Positions 50,126-59,159 of a DNA stretch of 64,000 bases are shown one piece after another (within the stretch, counting starts at the first letter, position 1; the number at the start of each line of letters is the position of its first letter). Position numbers and translations under genes: made by a program. The notes below the pieces were generated by a model. That model was given only the letters and a program-made list of their open reading frames with translations. It was not told the DNA's origin and searched no databases. The stretch is from positions 20,179 to 84,178 of the forward strand of contig VGMN01000007.1 of assembly GCA_016866355.1 (NCBI GenBank), read 5' to 3'. Source of the DNA: Bacteroidota bacterium. GTDB taxonomy: Bacteria > Bacteroidota > Bacteroidia > Chitinophagales > Chitinophagaceae.

Positions 50126-50868
50126 GCGTTTTTATACCTTCTTTCCAGGACCTCCCAATTAAATAAAGACCAGCACGCAGCAATGTAGTCTGGTCTTTTA
50201 TTTTGATATTTTAGATAATACGCGTGTTCCCACACATCCAATCCCAACAGTGGAGTGCCCTTGAGCTCACTCAAATCCATGAGTGGATTATCTTGATTAG
50301 GTGTAGAACCTACCTTTAATTTTCCATCTGTTGTTTTTACCAACCATGCCCACCCGCTTCCAAAACGATTACGTGCTGCATCACTGAATTGTGATTGAAA
50401 ATTTTCAAATGAACCAAATTGAGTAACTATTGCCTCGAGTAAAGCACCCGAAGGATTGTTGGTCTGCTTATCATGTACCGGTGCAAGCGAACGCCAAAAA
50501 AACTCATGGTTGTAATGCCCACCGGCATTGTTACGCATTTTGGTAGAATAGGTTGAAATTAGACCAAGTAGCTCCATTAATTTGACTTTTGATGTATCAA
50601 CCTTTTCCCCAGCACAAGCATCAATAAGATTTTTTGTGTAACCGGCCGCGTGCTTTGTATAATGAATCTCCATAGTCAGCGCATCAATCACTGGCTCTAA
50701 TGCGGCATACAAATAAGGAAGTGGTTGCTGAGCAAAGCCAATTTCCTCAGCTCCCAAAACTGGAATTTGCGTATCAGCGGCTATAACAGATTTAGCAATT
50801 GCCGGTGGAATGGCTCCCCAAACACTAACCAGGCCTGCTGCTTTAATAAAAGTTCTTCTGGATTTCAT
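50122..50868 (-). CDS. sodA: Tat-exported Fe/Mn superoxide dismutase (Mn-type residues)
   Basis: Twin-arginine SRRTFIK. IHYTKH, NNAGGHYNH, NQDNP and DVWEHAYY. Confidence 0.93.
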   Translation of the reverse strand: MKSRRTFIKAAGLVSVWGAIPPAIAKSVIAADTQIPVLGAEEIGFAQQPLPYLYAALEPVIDALTMEIHYTKHAAGYTKNLIDACAGEKVDTSKVKLMELLGLISTYSTKMRNNAGGHYNHEFFWRSLAPVHDKQTNNPSGALLEAIVTQFGSFENFQSQFSDAARNRFGSGWAWLVKTTDGKLKVGSTPNQDNPLMDLSELKGTPLLGLDVWEHAYYLKYQNKRPDYIAACWSLFNWEVLERRYKNA

Positions 50869-50908
50869 ACATAAGAAATTTACAACAAGTTACTGCATAA
50901 ATTTGGAG

Positions 50909-51697
50909 ATGCGAATGATCAGCAAAGCAACAGGTATTACAAAAAAGACGTTCTTGCTTTTTTCTTTTGTGGTTCTCTTGCAACAAACAAAAGGACAGCA
51001 AACTGGAAGAATGGACACAGATCGTCCAGATCAAACAGAATCCGTATCAATAACAAAAAAAGGGTATCTCCAAGCAGAAATTGGATTTAATAAAGAAAAA
51101 TACGGCACTGGATTTGCTTGGGTACATCCTACCGCCCTGTGGAAACTGGGTCTAAACCCCCGCTTTGAGTTTCGATTAATTACAGAGGCCAACACGCTGG
51201 AAAATGGAGCATCAAAAGTTAGCGGACTTATACCAACCCAAATTGGTGGTAAGATTGCGCTTTGGAAAGAAAAGGGGCTAAGACCGCAAACCTCGCTGAT
51301 TTTTCACACCGGTATTCCTGCGCTGGGATCTGTCAACTTTAAAACACCCAGTCTTTCTCCCAACTTTCGATTCACCTTGCAACACACACTGACAGATAAA
51401 ATAGCATTGGGTTATAATCTTGGGGCTGAGTGGGATGGTAATGGAGGATCTCCAGAATGGATATATACGCTTGCCCCTGGAATTAATTTGGGCCAAAGCT
51501 GGTATGCTTATGCTGAAATTTTTGGAAGCATTCGACCCTTAGATACACCATTACACGGAGTAGATGGAGGGATTGCTTATTATTTCAATGATAATTGCAA
51601 AATCGATTTTTCGGGGGGTAAAGGACTTACTAAAGAATCCGTCAACTATTATGTAGCATTGGGATTTTCCTTCCGAATAAACGTTCTTAATCCTTAA
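50909..51697 (+). CDS. Putative outer-membrane beta-barrel 'transporter' (Phenol_MetA_deg-like)
   Basis: TDRPDQTES motif, alternating beta strands and a C-terminal GFSFR. TAAATTTG promoter motif at 50898-50905. Confidence 0.75.
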   Translation: MRMISKATGITKKTFLLFSFVVLLQQTKGQQTGRMDTDRPDQTESVSITKKGYLQAEIGFNKEKYGTGFAWVHPTALWKLGLNPRFEFRLITEANTLENGASKVSGLIPTQIGGKIALWKEKGLRPQTSLIFHTGIPALGSVNFKTPSLSPNFRFTLQHTLTDKIALGYNLGAEWDGNGGSPEWIYTLAPGINLGQSWYAYAEIFGSIRPLDTPLHGVDGGIAYYFNDNCKIDFSGGKGLTKESVNYYVALGFSFRINVLNP

Positions 51698-52538
51698 CTT
51701 TTTTTTTCAATACTCCCAGAAAACTGGTTTCCAAACTAAGCAACCAACTTTCCTGCATCATTCGCTTCATGTCTCCTTTTACCTGGAATCGATAACCCAC
51801 ATTTAACTTTGTTTTGCTGGAAAAGATTAATTGAAAAGCGGGTGCCAAATCAACGTAGTATAAACTACGATCCAATGCACGCTGTGTAAGTAACTCCAGA
51901 TATAAATTAAAATTGGTTTGCTTATAGCTGGTGTAAGTCCTGGGAAACACCAAATACCCTCCAGAAATAGTAAACTGAGCGGAGGTAAAAGGATGCAATA
52001 CTCCATGTCTTACTTTATCCCAACGATAGTAATGAAATACCTGCGTTTGACTGATAGTACTAGAAAGCGCAAACTTATTCCAAAGCTGTGTAAGAATAAG
52101 ACCAGCTTCCACTCCAGAACGATCACCCCCTAAATTTATCTCATCATTCATGAATGGGGCGTTAGTGCGTGCCGCCTCCATGTAACCGGCCAATCGAAAA
52201 TGCCGATGAATAGCATCACGAGAGAGAAACCGATACTTAGCATATACATGAAAAGATTCCACCTTAGGCAGAGTGGAATACATGGATGAAACAGTACCGC
52301 CCAGGCGAATTGTCAAATTTTTATTTACGCCCATAAAGACCTGAGGAGTAGTTCGAAATGAAAACTGATTTAACAAATTGGTTTGTTGAACCAAATGATT
52401 CTTTAATTTAAAATTCAAGGAGCGTGCTGGTAATGTAGAAGCTGGCTCATTGAAGACATAGAGCTCCTGGCCAAAAAGTGGCATTACAAAAAGTACTTTA
52501 CAAGATAAAAGCACTATGTAAGATCTTAAACCTTTCAC
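51687..52538 (-). CDS. Hypothetical outer-membrane beta-barrel-like protein
   Basis: Signal peptide then QELYVFNEPAS. Amphipathic strands. Overlaps the TlpA stop. Confidence 0.65.
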   Translation of the reverse strand: MKGLRSYIVLLSCKVLFVMPLFGQELYVFNEPASTLPARSLNFKLKNHLVQQTNLLNQFSFRTTPQVFMGVNKNLTIRLGGTVSSMYSTLPKVESFHVYAKYRFLSRDAIHRHFRLAGYMEAARTNAPFMNDEINLGGDRSGVEAGLILTQLWNKFALSSTISQTQVFHYYRWDKVRHGVLHPFTSAQFTISGGYLVFPRTYTSYKQTNFNLYLELLTQRALDRSLYYVDLAPAFQLIFSSKTKLNVGYRFQVKGDMKRMMQESWLLSLETSFLGVLKKKVKD

Positions 52539-53017
52539 TGCTTTATTAATTTATCAATTCCCGACTCTAATGCTGACCCCATCAAGTTTCTGGCAATCAC
52601 ATTTCCCTCCTGGTCAATTAAAAAAGTGGAGGGTATTGAGTTTACATCCCAGGCAGCTGCTACAGGTGAATTCCATGCCTTTTTATCTATCAACTGTACC
52701 CAAGATAATTTATCCTTTTTCACCGCATGGAGCCAATCACTTGGCTGCTCGTCTAATGAAACACTTAAAAAAACAATATTCTTATTTCTATACGTTGGAT
52801 AAATTTTTACTAAGTGCTTGTTGGCCACTCTGCAGGGGCCACACCAAGATGCCCAAAAATCAAGAAGCACCACCTTACCACGAAATTGACTGAGGGTAAT
52901 GCTGTCACCTTTTGCATTTGGAAGCTTAAAATCCGAGGCCGGTTCTTGCTTTAGGGCTTGCGCAGAAACACCAAAGCTTGCCAGCAAAAAAAATGAAAAC
53001 AAGATGCTTTTACACAT
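52535..53017 (-). CDS. TlpA-family thiol:disulfide oxidoreductase
   Basis: Signal peptide, VVLLDFWASWCGPC and SIPSTFLID. Confidence 0.93.
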   Translation of the reverse strand: MCKSILFSFFLLASFGVSAQALKQEPASDFKLPNAKGDSITLSQFRGKVVLLDFWASWCGPCRVANKHLVKIYPTYRNKNIVFLSVSLDEQPSDWLHAVKKDKLSWVQLIDKKAWNSPVAAAWDVNSIPSTFLIDQEGNVIARNLMGSALESGIDKLIKQ

Positions 53018-53023
53018 GAGAAA

Positions 53024-53539
53024 TTATTTAACAAATAGTAACTGAAATAATGCTATGTCGGCTTTTAAAAACTCGCTATACTCCGTCCTTATCTTCCTCA
53101 AACTTTTTTCTGTCAAATACCCTTTCCCTACCACAATGCAATTAAATGCTTTTGAGGTAGCAGGTGTTTTAGCAGAAATGAACTCAAAAGTCTGTTCACC
53201 CCACACAAATGGAACACCCCGTTCAATTGGATCTTGATTCCAAGTGCCCGTCAATTGTAACTCACCAACAAAAAATCCAGCATCCTCAACAGCAGCCTTG
53301 AGTTTAGCAGGGCTAACACTACCATTACCACCAAAGGTCAAGGTAAAAGCAGAGGACTTGATATCAGCCTCCACTTTTGTAACAAAGGGTAGTTGTTCTA
53401 ACGATTGATGAATAGCTTTATTACAAAGCGCACAAGTGAGTCCCGTTGCTTGTAGCCTTCCCCCACTAAACTGGGCGAAAGTATACTGCTGCCCACCCAA
53501 AAAGAGGGGCAGCAGTATAACTAATAATAGTTTGTGCAT
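53024..53539 (-). CDS. Secreted heavy-metal-associated (HMA) domain protein
   Basis: Signal peptide ending A|Q, GLTCALC metal motif and AAVEDAGF. Confidence 0.85.
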   Translation of the reverse strand: MHKLLLVILLPLFLGGQQYTFAQFSGGRLQATGLTCALCNKAIHQSLEQLPFVTKVEADIKSSAFTLTFGGNGSVSPAKLKAAVEDAGFFVGELQLTGTWNQDPIERGVPFVWGEQTFEFISAKTPATSKAFNCIVVGKGYLTEKSLRKIRTEYSEFLKADIALFQLLFVK

Positions 53540-53544
53540 ACTGG

Positions 53545-54030
53545 TTACGCCTTTGTGCAATTAGCGCAACATGATTTTCCCTTTTTCCCTTTTTTTTCAC
53601 ACTGTCCATTTTTGCAACAGTCCTTACTAGTATCCTTGCAAGAACCATCTTTGCATTTTCCATCTTTGCAGCAAGATTCGCCATCAGTTGCAGCAGCAGC
53701 TGTACGATCATACTTGCAACATCCATGCAATTTTGCGTAGACATCATCTGATGCTTTTGCCCCAGCATTATCATGGCCTACCAGTGCAACTTGCTCTTGA
53801 ATTTTAGAAAGAGAGGTAGTGGCCGCGTCATAGGTTACAGCCAGTTTTTTACTATCAGCGTTCCAGGAAGCTTGTGTTGCACCTGCTTCTTTAGCCGCAT
53901 TTTCAATACGACCCTTACACATTCCACAGTTTCCGGAAACTTGGAAAATCTCTTTTTTGTTTTGTGCTTGAACACCCATTACGCTACTTATAATAAAAGC
54001 AGCTGCTAGAAATAAGTTTTTTGTTTTCAT
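53545..54030 (-). CDS. Secreted HMA (CopZ/MerP-like) protein with Cys-rich tail
   Basis: Start MKTKNLFLAAA at 54030. VSGNCGMCKGRIE, VGHD, LHGCCKY, then 10 Cys in 39 residues. Confidence 0.88.
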   Translation of the reverse strand: MKTKNLFLAAAFIISSVMGVQAQNKKEIFQVSGNCGMCKGRIENAAKEAGATQASWNADSKKLAVTYDAATTSLSKIQEQVALVGHDNAGAKASDDVYAKLHGCCKYDRTAAAATDGESCCKDGKCKDGSCKDTSKDCCKNGQCEKKGKKGKSCCANCTKA

Positions 54031-54068
54031 AAAATGAAAATTAATTGTTGAATTAAAAATAAATTGAT

Positions 54069-54094
54069 AAAAAAGAAACCCAGTATTGTGGGCT
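54069..54094 (-). terminator. Weak intrinsic terminator-like hairpin between the HYC_CC_PP ORF and the HMA gene
   Basis: Minus strand AGCCCA-caatac-TGGGTT followed by TCTTTTTT. Confidence 0.45.
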
Positions 54095-54110
54095 AAAGAA
54101 ATATAAAAAA

Positions 54111-54500
54111 TCAAATTCTAAATACGCGATGCCGTATAAATAAAGGCGACTGCTCTCCAGGAGGTGCCGTTGAAAAAGTTGCACTAGAGGCAACCAAGAA
54201 AAAATCAGGGAGGATTTCTTGAAAGCTGGTTGATGGCAATGTGAAAACTGCAGGCTGCAAATTAAAATGCAATGTTACTGGAGGTTTTTGATCCTGTATC
54301 AGTTTTACAAAAGCCGCCTCATCATGACAGCATCCCTCCGATTCATTGGCAGCCATCCCACAAGTACCGCAGGAAGACTTCTCCTTCTCAAACAAGTGAA
54401 CCGCGTCAACTTTTCCCATACAATAATGGATATCTAGCACCCAACCCATGGAGCTGAGCACGTAAACCACTACTGCAATAGCAAAAAATAATCGACGCAT
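54111..54500 (-). CDS. HYC_CC_PP family protein
   Basis: N-terminal hydrophobic segment, IHYCMG, CGTC, GCCHD and C-terminal TAPP. TATCTTTG promoter motif at 54514-54507. Confidence 0.85.
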   Translation of the reverse strand: MRRLFFAIAVVVYVLSSMGWVLDIHYCMGKVDAVHLFEKEKSSCGTCGMAANESEGCCHDEAAFVKLIQDQKPPVTLHFNLQPAVFTLPSTSFQEILPDFFLVASSATFSTAPPGEQSPLFIRHRVFRI

Positions 54501-54532
54501 ATCATGCAAAGATAAAAGAAAGAAGAAAACAA

Positions 54533-56626
54533 TTAGTTAACAAACTGCCAATGAATACCTACCCTGATATGTAGTCCATTTAATGCATATCCGGGTGCCA
54601 CTAAATTATTACGTGTAAACCCAAACCCCTGTAAATCACGGGCAGTGTTCAGATTTTCAGCTCGTACAAAAGCAGTAAATGAACGGATTTTAAAGTTGGC
54701 ATACGCGGCAATATCTGGCAACTGGTTTTGTATGGTCAGGCTGTCCTGATAAAAAAACTGCCCCAGTAACGGGGAATAGGCGTCCGCCTTATAAGGGGGG
54801 CGAACTCTCAACTCAACTCCCGTTGCCAATTTTAAATTCTTAAACCCAAGATTGCCTTCATACGCAATTCGATTTCTAATGTAAAAAGGAATGGTATGTA
54901 GCTGCGCAGTCCCCACTCGCTGCTGCCAATAGGCCTCTAAATGCCAACGCCAACTTTTTGCGAGACGAACTGTTTTCAGCAAGGAAACCTGCAACATGGT
55001 GAACAGACTCGACTCTTGTTGTGGTTCGTAGAAATTCGTGAAATAGGTATAATTAGTAAACAATAAATAATTTCCAATTAGTTTGGTACCAATGGCTGGA
55101 AAATGCAGATTGATGCCAATCTGTGTACGATTTTCTTTGTTGAGGTCAAGGAGCCGTTTAGAAAGATAAAAGCTACTTCGCTGATCAAATATAAAAGAAG
55201 GACTACGATTGGTATTGGAAGCATTTAATTCTATCGTATTTTTTTTACTTCCAACTATTCGTTGCATACGGGCAGCTGCCTGGTAGTCCCCTGCATTAAA
55301 ACCTGCAAAATATAGAACACCATCTATGGCCAAGTCCCATTTTTTATTCCGAGTAATATTTCGATAGGAGAAATTGCCAGCTGAATTGAAAAATGAATTG
55401 GACTGCAACGAAGTAGTACCCCATATTAATTGTAACGTGGCCCCAATTTTAAAATACTGCTTTAAATTTTTTTCATCAGGAAACTGATAGAGAGAAAAAT
55501 CATTAGTTAAGAGTTGCCACTTGTCTCGCAAGTCAATTGTATCACCCAATTGGAGGGGAATTTGGTAAAACTGGGAATAAAAAGTAGCCCCTGGGACCTT
55601 GTCGATAAAGGCGTATTGTTCTTTATCAAAACGAAGTTGATGTTCGATTCGTACACGAGGAAAAAAGAGGGGGACTACAGTTGAATCAGTAACCAAAGAG
55701 TCCTTTCTTCCGATGTCATATTGATTTCGCCAAAGCAAAACACGGTTATTGTATTGATTGCCCGTTTTAATGCGTGTACTGAAAAAATTAGAGGTAAAAT
55801 TATCAGGACCACCCAGCCAGACGGGAATATTGAAACGATCCACAAAAATGGGATCATTCAAGATATCCGTTGTGTCAACGATACCTCCATTTTCTTCTGC
55901 TTGTAACTTATTGGATAGCCAAAGCGCCCATGTTTGGTAGCGAAGGTTTTTAGACTGATAACGGGTAGAAAAAACAAAATTAGAATGATTAGAGCGCTGG
56001 TGTTGAAAAATTCCAGGTGAGTTAATCATTCGATAGCGAAAGAAAAAATTCCACCCCGCATTGATATTTTGTGTGTGTTGTAAACCAATTATTTGTTCTA
56101 CGCGTGTTCCTAAAGAATATTCAAGTTCCGTGTAAGGACGGGTAGTTTGAAAAAATGGAATCTCATTGGGGTTGAGTCGATAAGGATCATATGCGTGAAA
56201 TCCTGCATCAAATCCAGGTTGCCCGTAAGGAGAAAAAAGCAACGGACGCGTAGCACTCCCTAAATTACCCAAGTGTAGAGTAGTAGGTTTTAACGGAAAC
56301 CGGCTTGTGAAATCATTAACTGTTGAATCTAGTAGATAAACCAGGGGCTGATTCAACAAGCGATATGAAATGGTGATAGAATCCTCTAATTTATCTCTAC
56401 GCTTCATGCTATCCTGTGTGGCACCGCTTGTAACCATATTTCCCATTCGACTTAAACCAGTAGGCGCCCCCCCTTGCATAAGATTTCTGGAACGACCCTG
56501 ATTACGCAATACAGGCATTTCTTGACTGGCTACCCAAGTAGTAGCAGCCAACAACAATGGTAACAGTATGTAATTTCTTATAGCAGCCAAGGTGGCCACA
56601 AAAATAGCAGGTCCTTTCGAAAGCAA
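54533..56626 (-). CDS. Putative porin (Bacteroidota Porin_10-like)
   Basis: TTRPYTELEY, HTQNIN, PDIAAYANFKI and C-terminal GIHWQFVN. Start codon uncertain. Confidence 0.8.
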   Translation of the reverse strand: MLSKGPAIFVATLAAIRNYILLPLLLAATTWVASQEMPVLRNQGRSRNLMQGGAPTGLSRMGNMVTSGATQDSMKRRDKLEDSITISYRLLNQPLVYLLDSTVNDFTSRFPLKPTTLHLGNLGSATRPLLFSPYGQPGFDAGFHAYDPYRLNPNEIPFFQTTRPYTELEYSLGTRVEQIIGLQHTQNINAGWNFFFRYRMINSPGIFQHQRSNHSNFVFSTRYQSKNLRYQTWALWLSNKLQAEENGGIVDTTDILNDPIFVDRFNIPVWLGGPDNFTSNFFSTRIKTGNQYNNRVLLWRNQYDIGRKDSLVTDSTVVPLFFPRVRIEHQLRFDKEQYAFIDKVPGATFYSQFYQIPLQLGDTIDLRDKWQLLTNDFSLYQFPDEKNLKQYFKIGATLQLIWGTTSLQSNSFFNSAGNFSYRNITRNKKWDLAIDGVLYFAGFNAGDYQAAARMQRIVGSKKNTIELNASNTNRSPSFIFDQRSSFYLSKRLLDLNKENRTQIGINLHFPAIGTKLIGNYLLFTNYTYFTNFYEPQQESSLFTMLQVSLLKTVRLAKSWRWHLEAYWQQRVGTAQLHTIPFYIRNRIAYEGNLGFKNLKLATGVELRVRPPYKADAYSPLLGQFFYQDSLTIQNQLPDIAAYANFKIRSFTAFVRAENLNTARDLQGFGFTRNNLVAPGYALNGLHIRVGIHWQFVN

Positions 56627-56685
56627 TCGTTAAAAGAAGGTTTTACCCACCCTCTTTTGCCCTATCTTCGCGAAAATTTTTCCCT

Positions 56686-57897
56686 ATGAACCTGCATGAA
56701 TACCAGGCCAAGGAATTGCTAAAAAAATATAATGTCACCGTACAGGAGGGTATAGCTTGTTCAACTGCTCAGGAAGCAAAGGATGCTTACAAATCAATCC
56801 AGGAGAAATCTGGTAGTAAGTTTGCTGTAGTGAAAGCGCAAATTCATGCGGGGGGTCGAGGTAAAGGAGCAATTAAAGAGAATGGAATCAATGGCGTCAA
56901 AGTGGGTAAGAGTTTAGAAGACATTGCTGATTTTGCTGAAAAAATTTTAGGTGGCACATTGGTTACTCTCCAAACGGGACCAGCCGGAAAAGTGGTTAAT
57001 AAAGTGTTGGTGGCTCAAGATATGTACTACGACGGCCCCAGTGAAAGAAAGGAATTCTACTTATCCATTTTGCTAGATCGATCAAAAGGACAAAATGTGA
57101 TCATGTATAGTCCAGAGGGGGGGATGAACATTGAAGAGGTAGCCCATCACACTCCAGAAAAAATATTTAAAGAGTGGGTACATCCCGGAGGGGGACTGCA
57201 ACCCTTCCAAGCGCGTAAGATTGCATTTAACCTGGGACTTAGCGGCGAAGCGCTTAAAAACTGTGTTCGTTTTGTAACCAATCTCTATAACGCCTATGTT
57301 GGATTAGATTGCTCCATGTTAGAAATCAATCCCCTTTTCAAGGCTGCCGATGATAAAATACTTGCTGTTGATTGTAAGATGAATCTAGATGACAATGCGC
57401 TGATGCGTCATCCTGATTTGGCTGCATTGCGAGACGTAACAGAGGAAGATCCTACCGAAGTTGAAGCAGGCCAGTTCAACTTAAACTTTGTAAAGCTGGA
57501 TGGCAACGTAGGGTGTATGGTTAACGGTGCTGGTCTGGCAATGGCCACCATGGATATGATTAAGCTTAGCGGAGGCGAACCCGCCAACTTCTTGGATGTA
57601 GGAGGTACTGCCAACGCGCAAACAGTAGAAGCAGGTTTTAAAATTATCTTGAAAGATCCTGCTGTTAAGGCAATTTTAATAAACATTTTCGGAGGTATTG
57701 TACGTTGTGACCGAGTGGCACAAGGTGTCATTGATGCTTATAAAAATTTAGGTAACATCACTATTCCTATCATCGTGAGATTACAAGGTACTAATGCCGT
57801 GGAAGCTAAAAAACTGATTGATGAAAGTGGACTCAAGGTCCAATCAGCAATTTTATTAAGCGAAGCAGCTGCCTTGGTAAAAAAAGCAGTAGCCTAA
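56686..57897 (+). CDS. sucC: Succinyl-CoA ligase (ADP-forming) beta subunit
   Basis: MNLHEYQAK, KAQIHAGGRGKG, EINPL, GCMVNGAGLAMATMD and NIFGGIVRCD. Confidence 0.98.
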   Translation: MNLHEYQAKELLKKYNVTVQEGIACSTAQEAKDAYKSIQEKSGSKFAVVKAQIHAGGRGKGAIKENGINGVKVGKSLEDIADFAEKILGGTLVTLQTGPAGKVVNKVLVAQDMYYDGPSERKEFYLSILLDRSKGQNVIMYSPEGGMNIEEVAHHTPEKIFKEWVHPGGGLQPFQARKIAFNLGLSGEALKNCVRFVTNLYNAYVGLDCSMLEINPLFKAADDKILAVDCKMNLDDNALMRHPDLAALRDVTEEDPTEVEAGQFNLNFVKLDGNVGCMVNGAGLAMATMDMIKLSGGEPANFLDVGGTANAQTVEAGFKIILKDPAVKAILINIFGGIVRCDRVAQGVIDAYKNLGNITIPIIVRLQGTNAVEAKKLIDESGLKVQSAILLSEAAALVKKAVA

Positions 57898-57911
57898 GGT
57901 TTTACCTAGCA

Positions 57912-58535
57912 CTATTCTGTCAATCTTTCTACCTCATATACAGGTGAAAAGAGAAAGTAATTTCCCGTTTTCACCTCTTTGCATTTAAATCGTTTTCGAA
58001 GCAGCGCCTCCTTTCGAAAAACGCGCCCATCCTTTATTTTAAAAAATGCTCCCGCCGGTAATTCCTCCAAGAAAAGGTGATTTTCTTTGGGCTGATCATA
58101 CTGACGTAGCACCCGCATTAATCCATCTTCCGCACAACTACTGGCTGCCGGATTAATTAATACCTCTTGCAAAGCCTGTTGAAGTGGAAGCGGCAAAAGT
58201 TGAAGTGCTAAAAAAGAGTTTAGCAGATTAGCATAGCAGCGTTTCCATTCTTCCCCGTGCGCTTGTACGCGATTCCCAAACTTTTCAAAGGTCACTAAGT
58301 GAGCAAGCTCATGTAAAAGCGTTACCAAAAAAGCATAGGGATTTAAATTTCCATTTACTGTAATTCGATGATGTAAATCCTGGGTACGGTGTCGATAATC
58401 CCCTAGCACTGTTTTTCGTTCGCGGGTAATGGTAAGTTGGACACGGTGCTGTTGTAATAGGGAAAGAACTTGTTGATCGGTGCCAATTGGTAAATAGCGG
58501 GTCAAGTAATCAAGCGGAACCTCCTTTTTGGGCAT
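57912..58535 (-). CDS. SprT-like zinc metalloprotease
   Basis: RKTVLGDY, TLLHELAH (HExxH) and HGEEWK. Confidence 0.88.
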   Translation of the reverse strand: MPKKEVPLDYLTRYLPIGTDQQVLSLLQQHRVQLTITRERKTVLGDYRHRTQDLHHRITVNGNLNPYAFLVTLLHELAHLVTFEKFGNRVQAHGEEWKRCYANLLNSFLALQLLPLPLQQALQEVLINPAASSCAEDGLMRVLRQYDQPKENHLFLEELPAGAFFKIKDGRVFRKEALLRKRFKCKEVKTGNYFLFSPVYEVERLTE

Positions 58536-58538
58536 ATT

Positions 58539-58928
58539 TTATTTTTTCAATGCCTTGAGCAGTAGCCTTACTTCCACACCCGTGTAAATTAAGTATAGCA
58601 TTGCAGCACTAATAAGCGCGCGTAGATTAACGGATTGACGTTGCACATAGATGTAAACAAAAGCAGCAATAGCTAGCACAAAGAATTTAACCATAAAGGA
58701 GAGCATCACCGCTCTTATGGAAGCCTGAAGGTTGGGATTTGCAAAACTCTTTGCAGTAAGCGTTGCAGAGAAAATTGTAACCAAAAAAAGCAGAAGATTA
58801 GCAGCTAATACAATAGTTACATCCAACTGCAGCGCCGTAAGCCAAGAGCTAGTTAAAAGCAAAATACTACTGATCACTAAAAAGATCAGACTAAATAATA
58901 GATAGGTAGTTTTTGTAATTATTTTCAT
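58539..58928 (-). CDS. AtpI-like four-TM membrane protein
   Basis: Four hydrophobic helices with SFMVKFF and YLIYTGVE, directly after an AtpZ-like gene. Confidence 0.6.
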   Translation of the reverse strand: MKIITKTTYLLFSLIFLVISSILLLTSSWLTALQLDVTIVLAANLLLFLVTIFSATLTAKSFANPNLQASIRAVMLSFMVKFFVLAIAAFVYIYVQRQSVNLRALISAAMLYLIYTGVEVRLLLKALKK

Positions 58929-58934
58929 TTGTTA

Positions 58935-59159
58935 CTATGTTGAACCACCTGTCTCTTTAAAAAGTTTATAGAAGAGCGCTGCTAATGTAAGCAGCGGAAA
59001 CAAAATAGTTAACAAGGGGAATATTCCAGCCCATCGATCAATTTGCATGCCAGCAGCCACAGCAATAGCTAGATATGCCAACAACTGCGATGCAAGACCT
59101 GCATATCGAAGCAAATCTGCCTTAGCCTTATCGCGCGAGGACTTGGGATTGTTGTTCAT
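58935..59159 (-). CDS. AtpZ/AtpI (ATPase_gene1) family protein
   Basis: RYAGLASQL...AGMQIDRW...PLLTILFPLL two-TM pattern. Confidence 0.8.
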   Translation of the reverse strand: MNNNPKSSRDKAKADLLRYAGLASQLLAYLAIAVAAGMQIDRWAGIFPLLTILFPLLTLAALFYKLFKETGGST

